Position numbers and translations under genes: made by a program. The notes under the pieces were generated by a model, which saw nothing but the letters and a program-made list of their open reading frames with translations, was not told where the DNA came from and ran no database searches. From positions 257,460 through 321,459 of the forward strand of contig JBNRMN010000033.1 in NCBI GenBank assembly GCA_050309605.1: a stretch of DNA of 64,000 nt. Reading direction: 5' to 3'. Positions 47,466-58,298 of the stretch are shown here, piece after piece. This stretch comes from Anaerohalosphaeraceae bacterium (lineage in GTDB: Bacteria > Planctomycetota > Phycisphaerae > Sedimentisphaerales > Anaerohalosphaeraceae). Position 1 is the stretch's first letter; each line of letters opens with the position of its first letter.

Positions 47466-49529
47466 ATGACAAAACAAATTCCTTCCAGACGAAAACAGAC
47501 TCCGCCGCCTTCGGGGAAATTGCCCCCTCGCTATAATCGCGGTCCGTTTACCTGGCTGTTGATCGCGCTGGTGATTATGGCTGTTTTTATGTCGCTCAGT
47601 CAGCTTCACCGCACGGACAAACTGTCGCTTTCCGAGTATATCGACTATGTCAATCAAGGTTATATCGAGGAGGTGACATTCAAAGAAACCAATCGCGAGA
47701 TTACCGGAAAGTTTAACGAAGTGGGCATTGCCAACCGTCCGGACGGCGCGCCGACGATGTTTCAGGTGCATTATACGCCGGAACTGCTGCCGGAGGGGCA
47801 TTTTGACCGGCTGGAACAAAACGGCGTGGAGGTCAAGGTCGAACGAGACGGGCTTTGGATTCAGTTTTTAATGAGTCTGGTGCCGTTTCTCCTGATCATC
47901 GGGTTGATTTACTTTTTCTTTCTGCGCAATCTCAGGGGCGGCGGCGGAATGCTGATGAATTTCGGCCGCAGCCGTCATCGCCTGCGCGGCAAGGAAAAGA
48001 AAGTTACATTTGACGATGTTGCCGGCATTGAAGAGGCCAAAGACGAAGTGGCCGAGATCATTGAATTTCTCAAGAATCCCAAAAAGTTTCGGAAAATCGG
48101 CGGACGCATACCGCGCGGGGTGCTGCTGTCCGGCCCGCCCGGCTGCGGCAAGACGCTGTTGGCCAAGGCCATCGCCGGTGAGGCGGACGTGCCGTTTTTC
48201 AGCATCGCCGGAAGCGACTTTGTGGAGATGTTTGTCGGCGTCGGGGCCAGTCGTGTGCGCGATTTGTTCAAGCAGGCCAAGGAAAATTCGCCGTGCATTA
48301 TCTTTCTGGACGAGATCGACGCCATCGGCAAAAAACGCGGCCCGGGTTTTGTCAGCGGTGGTCACGACGAACGAGAACAGACGCTCAACGCCATTCTGGT
48401 CGAGATGGACGGCTTTGAGACCAACGACCAGGTGATAGTCATTGCCGCCACCAACCGCGGCGACATCCTGGACCCGGCTTTGACCCGACCGGGGCGGTTC
48501 GACCGGCAGGTCGTGGTGCCGCTGCCGGATTTGCAGGGACGTACCAAGATTCTGCAAATCCACGCCAAAAAGATCAAGTACGATCCGGCGGTGGATTTTG
48601 AACGGCTGGCCCGCGGCACGCCGATGTTCACCGGCGCTGAATTGGAGGCCCTGATCAACGAGGCCGCCATCGGGGCGACGATGCAGGGCAAAGATTACGT
48701 GGAGATGAGCGACTTTGAAGAAGCCCGCGACAAGGTCCGCTGGGGTCGGGCCAAACGCAGTCGGGTGGTGGACGAGGCCGACAAGCGGCTGACCGCTTTT
48801 CACGAGGCCGGGCACGCCCTCGTGCAGGCTATGATCAAAGACGCCGATCCGCTGCACAAAGTCAGCATCATTCCGCGCGGGCCGATGGGCGGGGCCACCT
48901 TTGCGCTGCCGGAAAAAGATCGGCTGTTTTATTCCAAGAAATACTGTCTGGCTCAACTGCAAATCTGTTTCGGCGGTCGGGTGGCCGAGGAGCTGTTCTG
49001 TGACGACATTACCAGCGGCGCCCAGTCGGATATCAAACAGGCGACGATGCTGGCGCGCGGGATGATTATGGAATGGGGGATGGGCGAAGAAGTCGGCCCG
49101 ATCAATTACGCCACCGACGGCAGCAGCGACGGGTATTTTGCCCATCTCGTGCCGGAATACTCGCAGCGAACCGCCGAGCTGATTGACCGGGAAGTCAAGA
49201 AGCTGATCGACTCGGCCTATGTCAAGGTTAAAGATCTCATTGAGGCCAATCGCGATAAACTCGATGCGTTGGCCCAGGCGCTGATCAAATATGAAACGCT
49301 CGACGCCGAAGAGGTGCAGACCATTATCGAAGGCGGGCAGTTTGACAAACCGACGGTCTCCGATCTGCTGGCGGCTGAACAGAAAAAAAACGTCAGCAAA
49401 CCGAAAAAGAAAAACACGGCGGATGACTGGCTGTCGAATGATGATGACGATGACGACTTCTGGGACGATGACGAGGACAACGGCTCGACGTCGTCGGACG
49501 ACGCAGATTACGATCCGCGCAAAGGCTGA
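47466..49529 (+). CDS. ftsH: ATP-dependent zinc metalloprotease FtsH
   Basis: 2 TMs, [16 protein letters not shown] (RPGRFDR), HEAGH. Confidence 0.98.
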   Translation: MTKQIPSRRKQTPPPSGKLPPRYNRGPFTWLLIALVIMAVFMSLSQLHRTDKLSLSEYIDYVNQGYIEEVTFKETNREITGKFNEVGIANRPDGAPTMFQVHYTPELLPEGHFDRLEQNGVEVKVERDGLWIQFLMSLVPFLLIIGLIYFFFLRNLRGGGGMLMNFGRSRHRLRGKEKKVTFDDVAGIEEAKDEVAEIIEFLKNPKKFRKIGGRIPRGVLLSGPPGCGKTLLAKAIAGEADVPFFSIAGSDFVEMFVGVGASRVRDLFKQAKENSPCIIFLDEIDAIGKKRGPGFVSGGHDEREQTLNAILVEMDGFETNDQVIVIAATNRGDILDPALTRPGRFDRQVVVPLPDLQGRTKILQIHAKKIKYDPAVDFERLARGTPMFTGAELEALINEAAIGATMQGKDYVEMSDFEEARDKVRWGRAKRSRVVDEADKRLTAFHEAGHALVQAMIKDADPLHKVSIIPRGPMGGATFALPEKDRLFYSKKYCLAQLQICFGGRVAEELFCDDITSGAQSDIKQATMLARGMIMEWGMGEEVGPINYATDGSSDGYFAHLVPEYSQRTAELIDREVKKLIDSAYVKVKDLIEANRDKLDALAQALIKYETLDAEEVQTIIEGGQFDKPTVSDLLAAEQKKNVSKPKKKNTADDWLSNDDDDDDFWDDDEDNGSTSSDDADYDPRKG

Positions 49530-49660
49530 TACGGCGTCCCGACGTGCCGGGGCTTCATAAGAAGTTATTGGGCTGCTAATTCACCGCGAAGAACGTGGCG
49601 CGGCCGAGCCGCGTTCTTAGTTCGTCGTTTGTAGTTTAACTCAAAACTATTTTTCGTGGT

Positions 49661-50980
49661 TCAGATGACTTCAACCGATTGCGGGCCAAGCCGCTCGAGC
49701 CGCGACAGATGATTGCGTCCGAGCGTCGCTTCGATTCTCACGGTGTTGTCTTCGTAATGTTCTTTCAGATTGTCGCCGACGGTATGCAAAAAATGGCTCA
49801 GCTTGCCGTTGCCGGCGCCGGCGATGATGCGAACATGGACTCGGCCGCCGCGAATCTTCTCGGCAATGGCCCCGGCCAGTTGATCCAGTTGATAGCCGGT
49901 CTTGGCCGAGACACTCACGGCGCCGGGATAGACCGTCTGCACCGCATCAAACAGCGTGCGGTCGGCGATTCGGTCGGACTTGTTGAGTACGACGAGCATT
50001 TCTTTTTGGCCGCAGCCGATATCGTTGAGAACCGTCTCGACGCTTTTGATTTGTTCAAACACCTCCCGGCTGGAGGCGTCCACCACATGCACCAGCAGAT
50101 CGGCGTTGACGGCCTCTTCGAGTGTGGCTTTGAATGAGGCGACCAGGTGATGCGGCAGCTTGCTGACGAATCCGACGGTATCGCTGAGCAGGGCCTCGAC
50201 GCCGCCTTCAACGGCCCACTTGCGCGTTCGCGTATCCAGCGTCGCAAAGAGTTGGTCTTCGACATAGACCTCGGCCGCGGTCAATGCGTTCATCAGTGTG
50301 CTTTTTCCGGCGTTGGTGTAGCCGACCAGACAGATTTTATAAAAGCCCCGCCGCCCGTCGATTTCGCGGAGTTTGCGCCGGTCGATGCTGTCGATTTCGC
50401 GTTTGAGATCGGTAATGCGTTTTTTGACAAGCCGCCGGTCGATTTCGAGCTGTTTTTCACCCGTGCCGCGAGTACCGATACCGCCGACCGCCCCGGCTGC
50501 GGTGCCGCCGCCGGCGCCGGCGACCGTATCCAAATGTCCCCACATCCGTGTCAGTCGCGGATAGGTGTATTCAAGCTGGGCCAGTTCCACTTGCAGTTTG
50601 GCTTGTTTGGTCCGGGCGCGTGTGGCGAAAATATCCAGAATCAACTCGCTGCGATCCAGCACCTTGCACTTGACGATTTTCTCCAGTTCGCGGATCTGTG
50701 CCGGGGACAGATCGTTGTCAAAGATCACCACATCCGCCCGATATTCAGCGACCTTCTCGGCAAGTTGTCGGGCCTTGCCCGAACCGATATACGTTGCAGC
50801 GTGAACATCGCGAAGTTTTTGAATAAATCGATCTACGACGTTTGCCCCTGCGCTTTCGGCCAGTGCCTGCAACTCCTGCAACTCATCCTGCTGTGCCGCT
50901 CGACGTTCCTGCGGCAGGAACGCGCCGACCAGAATTGCCCGTTCTCGCTGAACGGTTGTCTGCTGACGTATGGTATCCAA
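49661..50980 (-). CDS. hflX: GTPase HflX
   Basis: LILDIFATRA, GYTNAGKS, FATLD, DTVG, NKSD; TTG start. Confidence 0.96.
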   Translation of the reverse strand: MDTIRQQTTVQRERAILVGAFLPQERRAAQQDELQELQALAESAGANVVDRFIQKLRDVHAATYIGSGKARQLAEKVAEYRADVVIFDNDLSPAQIRELEKIVKCKVLDRSELILDIFATRARTKQAKLQVELAQLEYTYPRLTRMWGHLDTVAGAGGGTAAGAVGGIGTRGTGEKQLEIDRRLVKKRITDLKREIDSIDRRKLREIDGRRGFYKICLVGYTNAGKSTLMNALTAAEVYVEDQLFATLDTRTRKWAVEGGVEALLSDTVGFVSKLPHHLVASFKATLEEAVNADLLVHVVDASSREVFEQIKSVETVLNDIGCGQKEMLVVLNKSDRIADRTLFDAVQTVYPGAVSVSAKTGYQLDQLAGAIAEKIRGGRVHVRIIAGAGNGKLSHFLHTVGDNLKEHYEDNTVRIEATLGRNHLSRLERLGPQSVEVI

Positions 50981-51180
50981 CGGCGATAATACCCTTTCAA
51001 AACAAATACGGTTGCTGTGAATACATGAATCATTGTACCGGAAAGGGAAACAAAAATCAAGGCCCCTAAACAGGCCTTAGTGGGTCTTAAACAGATAAAA
51101 TTCCATCAAGATCGGCTCATCGGGATGTGCCGTTACCGATAGGGATGCTCCGCCAATAGGGCGAACCGGCCAAGGGTGTT

Positions 51181-52113
51181 TTATTGTATAAAAGCCTGAT
51201 AAAATGTATCCGGTTTTGGGCCGAGTGTGTTGCTCAGGGTGCCGATATTCGCAATCGTACAGTCGATCACGTCGCCGGGTCGGAGAAAGCGATTCTCCGC
51301 CAGTCCCACGCCGTGCGGCGTGCCGGTACAGATGACGTCACCCGGCTCAAGTGTCATTAAATGGCTTAAAAAGGACACAATCTGATAGACATCAAAGGTC
51401 ATTTGGCCGGTGTTGGCCTGCTGGCGTACCTGGCCGTTGACGGCCAGGGTTAGATCAAGATTGTGCGGGTCGGGTATTTCGTCCGCGGTTACCAGCCACG
51501 GCCCCAGCGGCAAAAATGCGTCGGCCCACTTGCCCATCAGCCAGTCAAAAAACGCATCACGCGGACGGTCGGAGCGTCCCTGTCGAAACGACACCGACCG
51601 GGCCGACAGATCATTGGCGATGGTGTAGCCGGCAATACAGGCGGGAGCCTGTTGCGGCGAGACGGCATAGGCCGGTTTGCCGATCACCACGGCCAGCTCA
51701 ATTTCATGGTCAATTTCATCGCTGTAGCAGGGCCAGGGAATGGTCGCTCCGCAGCCGGCGGCCGCGGTGGACGGCATCAAAAACGGCCACGGATTGGTGC
51801 ATTGGGCCTGCCGGTCAAGGGACTTATCCTGCCAGCGGGTTTCTTCAAGGTGTTTGGCGTAGTTTCCTGCCAGGGCCAGCAGTTTGCCGGGCCGGGGAAT
51901 CGGGGCGCATAATCGAACCTGATCGAAGTCCAGCCGAGGAACATCAGAATCCGGCAGCGATTTGAGCCTCTCAAAGGCCGGTTTGCCCTTGATGAGGATT
52001 TCTTTGACGCTGTGAAGAGCGTAGTCTGTCGCCGTGGGGATGTTGATGATCCCGTCGTCGGTGACGATGCCGCAGGACGTGGTGTGCTGATAGAGATACG
52101 TTGCCAGTTTCAT
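51181..52113 (-). CDS. Fumarylacetoacetate hydrolase family protein
   Basis: GNYAKH, DHEIELAVVIG, NDLSAR, GDVICTGTPHGVG; start placed at MKLAT. Confidence 0.92.
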   Translation of the reverse strand: MKLATYLYQHTTSCGIVTDDGIINIPTATDYALHSVKEILIKGKPAFERLKSLPDSDVPRLDFDQVRLCAPIPRPGKLLALAGNYAKHLEETRWQDKSLDRQAQCTNPWPFLMPSTAAAGCGATIPWPCYSDEIDHEIELAVVIGKPAYAVSPQQAPACIAGYTIANDLSARSVSFRQGRSDRPRDAFFDWLMGKWADAFLPLGPWLVTADEIPDPHNLDLTLAVNGQVRQQANTGQMTFDVYQIVSFLSHLMTLEPGDVICTGTPHGVGLAENRFLRPGDVIDCTIANIGTLSNTLGPKPDTFYQAFIQ

Positions 52114-52292
52114 GGGTAGTCCGCCAAATAAAACATCGTCCTGTTCAATCCGCCGCTTAAGAGGCCGCACGATCAAGTGTGCCCCGAATAATATAAAAAG
52201 AAAAGGGTTGAATGCCAAGAACCAAATCGGTTTAATAGGTGTACCGGAGACGCAAAACCCTTGTACATAAAAATGTGGTTTAAGATGGGCGG

Positions 52293-53033
52293 ATGACAAT
52301 GAAATGTTTTTTCTCGAAATGGTTTGGCCGCGGCCGCAAATCGTCGAATGACAGCGTTCTAATCAAAGATTATTCCTCAAAATCCCATGAACAGCCGTCC
52401 TCACAGGTGGTTGCTTTGCATGGCTCCAAAGAGAACGCCGAGCAATCGGTCGCACGAAAAAAAGACCCGGCCGAGCGTTTCACCGAGTCGGTGGACAGAC
52501 TGGTGGAGAGGCTGGAAGGGATAAACGACAATTTGGGTCGCCAAACAAAGCAAAACGAGCGGCTCGTGGAGAAACTGGAAGAATTGCCCCGTCTGCTTTC
52601 ACCGGTTCCCGATGCGGTCCATCAGCAGCGCGATGCGCTGATGGAGATGGTCGAGCAGCTTCGCCGCAAGGCCGAGCACGACCAGGCGCTGGCCCAGGCG
52701 CTGTCTCGGCTGCCGGAACAGGCCGGACGACAGACCGAATCGCTCGAGGCGATTGAAGACCGACTTTCAACCGCTGCCGATGCCGATGAGAAACTGGCCG
52801 AGACGTTCAGACAGGTCTCCGAAAGTCTCGGCAAGCTTGACGCCGATGTGAACGGCGAGATCGAGTGGCTTCAAAAAATGAGCCGTTCGCTTTCAGAAAA
52901 TGAAACCTTCCTCAAAGAAACACTGACCGCCCAGCAGCGAAAATTTTTCCGCGTGTTTGCCATTGCCGTGGGGATTTCGCTCGCGGCGATCACCGCACTG
53001 GTCGTTGTCCTGTTGATGGTGCTGTACCGGTAA
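52293..53033 (+). CDS. Hypothetical coiled-coil protein with C-terminal TM anchor
   Basis: Heptad-rich body, terminal hydrophobic helix, N-terminal FFSKWF. Confidence 0.7.
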   Translation: MTMKCFFSKWFGRGRKSSNDSVLIKDYSSKSHEQPSSQVVALHGSKENAEQSVARKKDPAERFTESVDRLVERLEGINDNLGRQTKQNERLVEKLEELPRLLSPVPDAVHQQRDALMEMVEQLRRKAEHDQALAQALSRLPEQAGRQTESLEAIEDRLSTAADADEKLAETFRQVSESLGKLDADVNGEIEWLQKMSRSLSENETFLKETLTAQQRKFFRVFAIAVGISLAAITALVVVLLMVLYR

Positions 53034-53070
53034 AGAATTGAGAATTGAGAATTGGGAATTAAGAATTGAG
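53033..53070. repeat. Heptamer tandem repeat (RRGAATT x5)
   Basis: aagaatt gagaatt gagaatt gggaatt aagaatt between convergent genes; the same unit occurs at ~33096-33123. Confidence 0.8.
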
Positions 53071-53697
53071 GTATGTCAGCAGATCATAGAGGCGCGGTTT
53101 GAGCAGGGCGATGGCGCGGCCGCGATGGGAGATGCAGTTTTTGGTTTGACTGTCCAGTTCGGCGGCGGTTTTGCCCAGTGAGGGGATGTAAAAGACCGGG
53201 TCGTAGCCAAATCCGTTCTCGCCTTTCGGCTCACGTCCGATGACGCCGTCAATACAACCGGTGGTTTCCAGCAGAATGTTTCCCGGCTGGGCCAGCGCCA
53301 CATGACACACAAACCGTGCGGTGCGTCGGGCATCGGGCACGGCGTCCATCAGACGCAATACTTTTTCATAATTGGCCCGGTCAATTACCTTGCGGTCGGT
53401 CGAAGCGGTTTCGTCGGCGGCAAAGCGGGCGCTGCGGACGCCGGGCGCTCCGTCCAGCGCATCGATGACCAGCCCTGAATCATCGGCCAGCGTCCAGAGG
53501 CCGGTCTGCTCGGCATAGCCCAGGGCTTTTTTGCAGGCGTTCCGGGCAAATGTCGCGCCGTCTTCGACGACCTCCGCCACCTCCGGAAAATCGCTCAGAC
53601 TGACCCATTGGATGCGCTCAGCCGCGTCGGCCAGCATCTCGGCCAGTTCTTTGACCTTGCCCGGATTGGTCGTTGCTACAAGAATCGTTTGCTTCAT
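53059..53697 (-). CDS. rdgB: Non-canonical purine NTP pyrophosphatase
   Basis: ATTNPGK, ADDSGL, PGVRSAR, GFGYDP, SHRG. Confidence 0.95.
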   Translation of the reverse strand: MKQTILVATTNPGKVKELAEMLADAAERIQWVSLSDFPEVAEVVEDGATFARNACKKALGYAEQTGLWTLADDSGLVIDALDGAPGVRSARFAADETASTDRKVIDRANYEKVLRLMDAVPDARRTARFVCHVALAQPGNILLETTGCIDGVIGREPKGENGFGYDPVFYIPSLGKTAAELDSQTKNCISHRGRAIALLKPRLYDLLTYLNS

Positions 53698-55049
53698 ATC
53701 AAGTCGTTCATATCGTTTTCGAGGGTCTCTTCGATAATCTCCAGCAAGCGTTTGAGCGTCGGTACGTCCATCGCCGGCGGCGGCATCAGGACAACGACAT
53801 CGCCCAGCGGCCGCAGCATCGCCCCTTTGGGCCGCATCGCCGCGCAGACTCTGGCGCCGACTTGACGGCGATAGTCAAACGGCTGTCGGGTTGTTTTGTC
53901 CTTCACCAGTTCAATGCCGCACATCAGGCCGCACTGCCGCGCATCGCCGACATACGGCAACCCGGCCAGCCGCTCAAAGGCCGCGGCGATTAGCCCGATC
54001 TTTTCCGGCAGCGATTCAAGAATCCGATTCTGCTCGAACAAATCCAGACTGGCAATGGCCGCGGCGCAGCCCAGTGCATTGCCGGTGTAGGTGTGGCCGT
54101 GGTAAAAGGTTTTATAGATATCGCCTGGATCGAGAAAGGCGTCATACACCGTCTGCGTCGTCAGCGTCGCCGCCAGCGGCAGATACCCGCCGGTGATGCC
54201 CTTGGCCAGACACATCAGATCGGGCCGGACCGCCTCCTGTTCGCAGGCAAACATCGTACCCGTGCGGCCAAACCCTGTGGCGACCTCATCGACAATGAGC
54301 AACACCTCATATCGTCGGGCCAACTGCTCGATGCCTTTTAAGAACCCTTTGGGGTGCACCAGAATACCGGCGGCGCCCTGCACCAGCGGTTCAAGAACAA
54401 TCGCGGCGATCTGACCCGCATGGGCCTTCAGCAGCGATTCGGCCATTTCGAGGCTGTATGCGGCGCACTGTTCGGGTGTGCCGTCAAAACGATACGGATG
54501 CGGGCTGGGCACAAAGTGCGTCTCAAACAGCAGCGACTTAAAGATGCCGTGAAACAAGTCCATCCCGCCGACGCTGACCGAGCCGACCGTGTCGCCGTGA
54601 TAGGCCTGGCGCACGGCGATAAACCGAGTGCGTCCTTTTTGCCCGATGTTCTGCCAGTATTGATAGGCGATTTTGAGCGCGATTTCGACACTGGTCGCGC
54701 CGCTGTCGGAATAAAAGACCTTCTCCAGTCCCGCCGGGGCGATCTGTACGAGCCGTTCAGCCAGTTCGGCCGCGCGCGTCTGGGCCAGTCCCAGCAGGGT
54801 GCTATGGGCGATTTTGTCCAGTTGTGCGCGAATGGCCGCATCAATCGTCGCTACCTTATGGCCGTGCACATTGCACCACAGGCTGCTGACCCCGTCGATA
54901 TAACGGCGGCCTTCGGTGTCGATTAAATAAAACCCTTCGCCGCGATCTATCACGACCGGCTCGGTGTTCAGCCAGTCGGCCATTTGCGTAAACGGATGCC
55001 AAAGATACTGCTTGTCCAGTTCGATCCAATGTTGTGTTGTGTTGTTCAT
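53694..55049 (-). CDS. bioA: Adenosylmethionine-8-amino-7-oxononanoate aminotransferase
   Basis: [46 protein letters not shown]. Confidence 0.95.
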   Translation of the reverse strand: MNNTTQHWIELDKQYLWHPFTQMADWLNTEPVVIDRGEGFYLIDTEGRRYIDGVSSLWCNVHGHKVATIDAAIRAQLDKIAHSTLLGLAQTRAAELAERLVQIAPAGLEKVFYSDSGATSVEIALKIAYQYWQNIGQKGRTRFIAVRQAYHGDTVGSVSVGGMDLFHGIFKSLLFETHFVPSPHPYRFDGTPEQCAAYSLEMAESLLKAHAGQIAAIVLEPLVQGAAGILVHPKGFLKGIEQLARRYEVLLIVDEVATGFGRTGTMFACEQEAVRPDLMCLAKGITGGYLPLAATLTTQTVYDAFLDPGDIYKTFYHGHTYTGNALGCAAAIASLDLFEQNRILESLPEKIGLIAAAFERLAGLPYVGDARQCGLMCGIELVKDKTTRQPFDYRRQVGARVCAAMRPKGAMLRPLGDVVVLMPPPAMDVPTLKRLLEIIEETLENDMNDLI

Positions 55050-55069
55050 CTTACCAGTATAATTAAAGA

Positions 55070-55486
55070 TCAATGGTCATTTATGATCGAGGTGAGCGTC
55101 AGCTTGCCCAGTTTGACCCCTTTAAGACTGGCCATTTTGTCGGCCAAATTGCGGATTTCCTGCACCGGTCCTTTGAGAATAATCACTTCAAGGCAATGAT
55201 GATGATCCAGATGCACGTGGACCGAGGCAATGACCTGAAGCAAATGGGTGTGCTGAAGCTGTATCAACTGCTCGGCCAGCTTCGAGGCGTGATGGTCATA
55301 TACCAGAAACACCCCGCCGAAGCCGTGCGCCTGCGGCGATTCAAGGGCCGCTTCGCTCAGGGCCATCCGAATTAAGTCCCGAATCGCTTCGGAGCGGTTC
55401 GCATAGCCTTTGGAGCCGATCAACCGGTCAAACTCTGCCAGTAACGTCTTGTCCAGCGAGACGCCCACGCGTTCCAAATTACTCAT
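55070..55486 (-). CDS. nikR: Nickel-responsive regulator NikR
   Basis: RVGVSL ribbon, NRSEAIRDLIR, YDHH, HVHLDHHHCLE. Confidence 0.95.
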   Translation of the reverse strand: MSNLERVGVSLDKTLLAEFDRLIGSKGYANRSEAIRDLIRMALSEAALESPQAHGFGGVFLVYDHHASKLAEQLIQLQHTHLLQVIASVHVHLDHHHCLEVIILKGPVQEIRNLADKMASLKGVKLGKLTLTSIINDH

Positions 55487-55634
55487 AACATCCTGTCCAA
55501 TAATCGGTTATGCGATCCTGTCCACAGTCCATCCGCGGCGCTGCGGCTCAGGGTTTCGGGTGTATTATGCGGCGTGTTTGTCCGGATGTAAACCGATTTT
55601 CGGCGGAGAATTTTTGAAAAACAACAAAACCGGC

Positions 55635-55677
55635 TTGACATCGTAGCATAAAAAGTTTATTGTCGGGTTTCGTAGCA
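55635..55677 (+). promoter_or_regulatory. TTGACA -35 box with repeated TCGTAGCA motifs (possible NikR half-sites)
   Basis: TTGACA at 55635-55640; TCGTAGCA at 55641 and 55670 in the nikR/operon divergent region. Confidence 0.35.
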
Positions 55678-55739
55678 AAAATAGAAAAAACGTATGCGCA
55701 AAGACGCTGTATTGCTGACTCAAGAAAGGCGGGTGGTGT

Positions 55740-56774
55740 ATGAAACGACTGATGGCGATTTTAGGTTTGATGTTGACCGTTTTTTGTGCTTCAGCCGCGG
55801 CCGAGCCGACCGTTGCCGAGGTCACCCATTGGCAGCTTCAGGCGGTTGATGAAAACGGCATCGGTACTTATACGGCCGCGGATAAGGTTGTCATAAGGGG
55901 CATTATTCTCAATAACCCTGAAGAGATGCTCGATCCCACGCCGTCCGATGCGGGGATGGGCGGCCAGTGGCAAATCTTCATTCAGGGCGAAACCGATCCC
56001 AACGGTCGGCCCGACCACGCCGGCACCGCCGTTTGGTTCGGTCAAAATTACAGCAACGTCTCCAGTTCCGACGACTATTCCGATGCGGAATTGCTTGAAG
56101 AACTGTATCGTATCAACCGCGATCCGAACAGCGGGTATGTCTTTCAGGCCGGCGACCGCGTGAAAGTCACGGGATATTATAAATTTTTCAAGGGCAAGAT
56201 TAACATCAACGAACAGCATGAGAAAGATCCGCAGTTTAACTTCACGATGGAGCTGCTCCAGCCGGCCGTCGGACTGCCGGCCCCCGAAGTCATCACGCTG
56301 GATGAACTGAAAGATGAGTTTGACAACTTTATTTTTGATCCGAACCGATTGACCGGTCCGGAGTATTATCAGGCGCGGCGGGTCCGGCTGAATAATGTGA
56401 CAATCATTGACCCGGAAAACTGGAAGCCCAACGGCGAAATCACTGTGATGGATGAAAACGGCCTGACGTTTCCGGTCAAGCTGGGCATCGGTCGGGGTTT
56501 TTGGCGCTACGCCTGTCCGGACGGGCCGATGGATGTAATTGGAATAATGAATCAGGAAAGCACCCAGTTTTTTCCCTGCATTGACGGCTATCATCTCTGG
56601 GTGGTCAACTACGACGGCAACGGGCGGGTGCTGACCGACCGCGGACGGCCGCGCGGCAATCTGTCCGGCGATGTCAACGGCGACTATCGTGTGGATTTGC
56701 TCGACGTGGCCGAATTGGCCTCTGACTGGCTGGTCGAGCGGGCCGGTCTGACGCTGCCGCCGATAGCGGAGTGA
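55740..56774 (+). CDS. Secreted protein with OB-fold-like segments and C-terminal dockerin-like motif
   Basis: Signal peptide; GDRVKVTG; C-terminal GDVNGDYRVDLLD. Confidence 0.65.
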   Translation: MKRLMAILGLMLTVFCASAAAEPTVAEVTHWQLQAVDENGIGTYTAADKVVIRGIILNNPEEMLDPTPSDAGMGGQWQIFIQGETDPNGRPDHAGTAVWFGQNYSNVSSSDDYSDAELLEELYRINRDPNSGYVFQAGDRVKVTGYYKFFKGKININEQHEKDPQFNFTMELLQPAVGLPAPEVITLDELKDEFDNFIFDPNRLTGPEYYQARRVRLNNVTIIDPENWKPNGEITVMDENGLTFPVKLGIGRGFWRYACPDGPMDVIGIMNQESTQFFPCIDGYHLWVVNYDGNGRVLTDRGRPRGNLSGDVNGDYRVDLLDVAELASDWLVERAGLTLPPIAE

Positions 56775-56775
56775 T

Positions 56776-57459
56776 ATGAAAGCGAACCTTAAAAAAGCGT
56801 TCACGCTGATTGAACTGCTGGTCGTGATTGCGATTGTCGCGGCGCTGCTGGCGATTGTGACCCCGGCCCTGCGCCGAGCGCAGCAGCAGGCGACGATTGT
56901 CGCCGTCAATGCGGATCTGCGCCAGATTGCCCTGGCGCTGAACGCCTATCATCTGGAGCACAACCTCTATCCGCCCACCCGCGAGGACTGCCATACCGGT
57001 TCACTGGAATATCATCTGTTTCAGCTTCCGGATGAACTGGCTGGCGGACACTATTTGCCGGGTACAAGCCCGACCGAACCGATGTCCACGCTGATGGAAG
57101 ATCGCTTTCATCCGGGTCGGACGTATAAATATCGCGCCGTCGGCCAATGTATTCGCGACCGCGGCAGGATTCATCCGACCATCCGCTCGCGTCTGTGGGT
57201 GCCCGATGGATTCCCGGCCCAAAGTCATATCGACCAAGACAAGGGCCAATGGTTCAGCGAGCCGGACCAGTCGCCGGTTCAGTGGACGCTGTTCAGCGTC
57301 GGGCCGCGGTTTGATCCGCAGGGGGTGCGTCAGACATTAACCAATCGCTATCCCGTGCCGCGGCAAAGCTGGTTCAATCCGGATCAAAAACAAGGCTTTA
57401 TCGTGCGCATCCGGCTGAAAAACGGAAACGAAATCGGGTCTTTTGAGGGGCATCAATGA
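56776..57459 (+). CDS. Prepilin-type N-terminal cleavage/methylation domain protein
   Basis: KKAFTLIELLVVIAIVAALLAI. Confidence 0.88.
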   Translation: MKANLKKAFTLIELLVVIAIVAALLAIVTPALRRAQQQATIVAVNADLRQIALALNAYHLEHNLYPPTREDCHTGSLEYHLFQLPDELAGGHYLPGTSPTEPMSTLMEDRFHPGRTYKYRAVGQCIRDRGRIHPTIRSRLWVPDGFPAQSHIDQDKGQWFSEPDQSPVQWTLFSVGPRFDPQGVRQTLTNRYPVPRQSWFNPDQKQGFIVRIRLKNGNEIGSFEGHQ

Positions 57460-58298
57460 CCGCGATGCTGCGATTTTTGTGTGTCTGTGCCGGATTGCCG
57501 GCGCTGGGGCTGCTGCTGACGGGCTGCGGCAAATCGCCCCATACGCCGCCGGCGGAGATTGCCGTGACCAATTCGTATCTGCATGCGATTGTGCGGGATT
57601 TGTGCGGACAAGAGATGGCCGTCTTCAGCGTCGTGCCGCCGGGGATGTGTCCGGGGCATTTTGACGTCAAACCGGCTGACGTGCGGCGGCTGCATCAATG
57701 TCGGCTGCTGCTGGCGTTTGATTTTCAGGCGAGTATCGCCCGGATTTTGCCCGACAACGGCCGCGGTCCGCGATTTGCTTCTATCGGTGTACCGCTCGGG
57801 ATGTGCAAGCCGGACAGTTATCTAACAATGGCTCGCGATACCGCTGAGATTCTCATTGCCGAATACCCGTTGCGCGAGGCGACTTTTCGCAAACGCCTTA
57901 CACAGATTGCCGAGCGAATGAAATCCCTTGAGGCCGAATGTGCCGCTGCGATGGAAACGCTGAAGCTGCGCAATGCGCCCGTGCTGACCAGCCGTCATCA
58001 GTCGGTGTTTGCCGAGTGGCTGGGACTTGAACCGGTTGCCTTGTTTTCCGGCGGCGAGGCCGAAACCGCTGCCAACATCAACGCCGCCCTTGGCGCCTCT
58101 CAGGGTCGCGCTCTTCGCTGCATCATCGCCAATCGTCAGGAAGGCACACAGCTTGCCGAGGCGCTGGCCGAGCGTCTCGATGTGCCGGTAGCAGTGTTCA
58201 GTAATTTTCCGGATACCCCGGACAGGGCCGCCTCAGTGCCCGCGTTCGATGCGCTTGTCCGCGACAACCTGCACCGACTGGCCGAGGCGACGCCATGA
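57456..58298 (+). CDS. Metal ABC transporter substrate-binding lipoprotein (ZnuA/TroA-like)
   Basis: LTGC lipobox; VPPGMCPGHFD; SRHQ; upstream of ATPase and permease. Confidence 0.8.
   Translation: MTAMLRFLCVCAGLPALGLLLTGCGKSPHTPPAEIAVTNSYLHAIVRDLCGQEMAVFSVVPPGMCPGHFDVKPADVRRLHQCRLLLAFDFQASIARILPDNGRGPRFASIGVPLGMCKPDSYLTMARDTAEILIAEYPLREATFRKRLTQIAERMKSLEAECAAAMETLKLRNAPVLTSRHQSVFAEWLGLEPVALFSGGEAETAANINAALGASQGRALRCIIANRQEGTQLAEALAERLDVPVAVFSNFPDTPDRAASVPAFDALVRDNLHRLAEATP

Noticed and set aside
52215..52292. c-di-GMP-I riboswitch-like GACGCAAAAC
   Set aside because: The GNRA-capped first stem and a convincing second stem are missing.
53059..55486. Functional link between nikR, bioA and rdgB
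   Set aside because: Co-orientation alone; no shared pathway is supported by the sequence.
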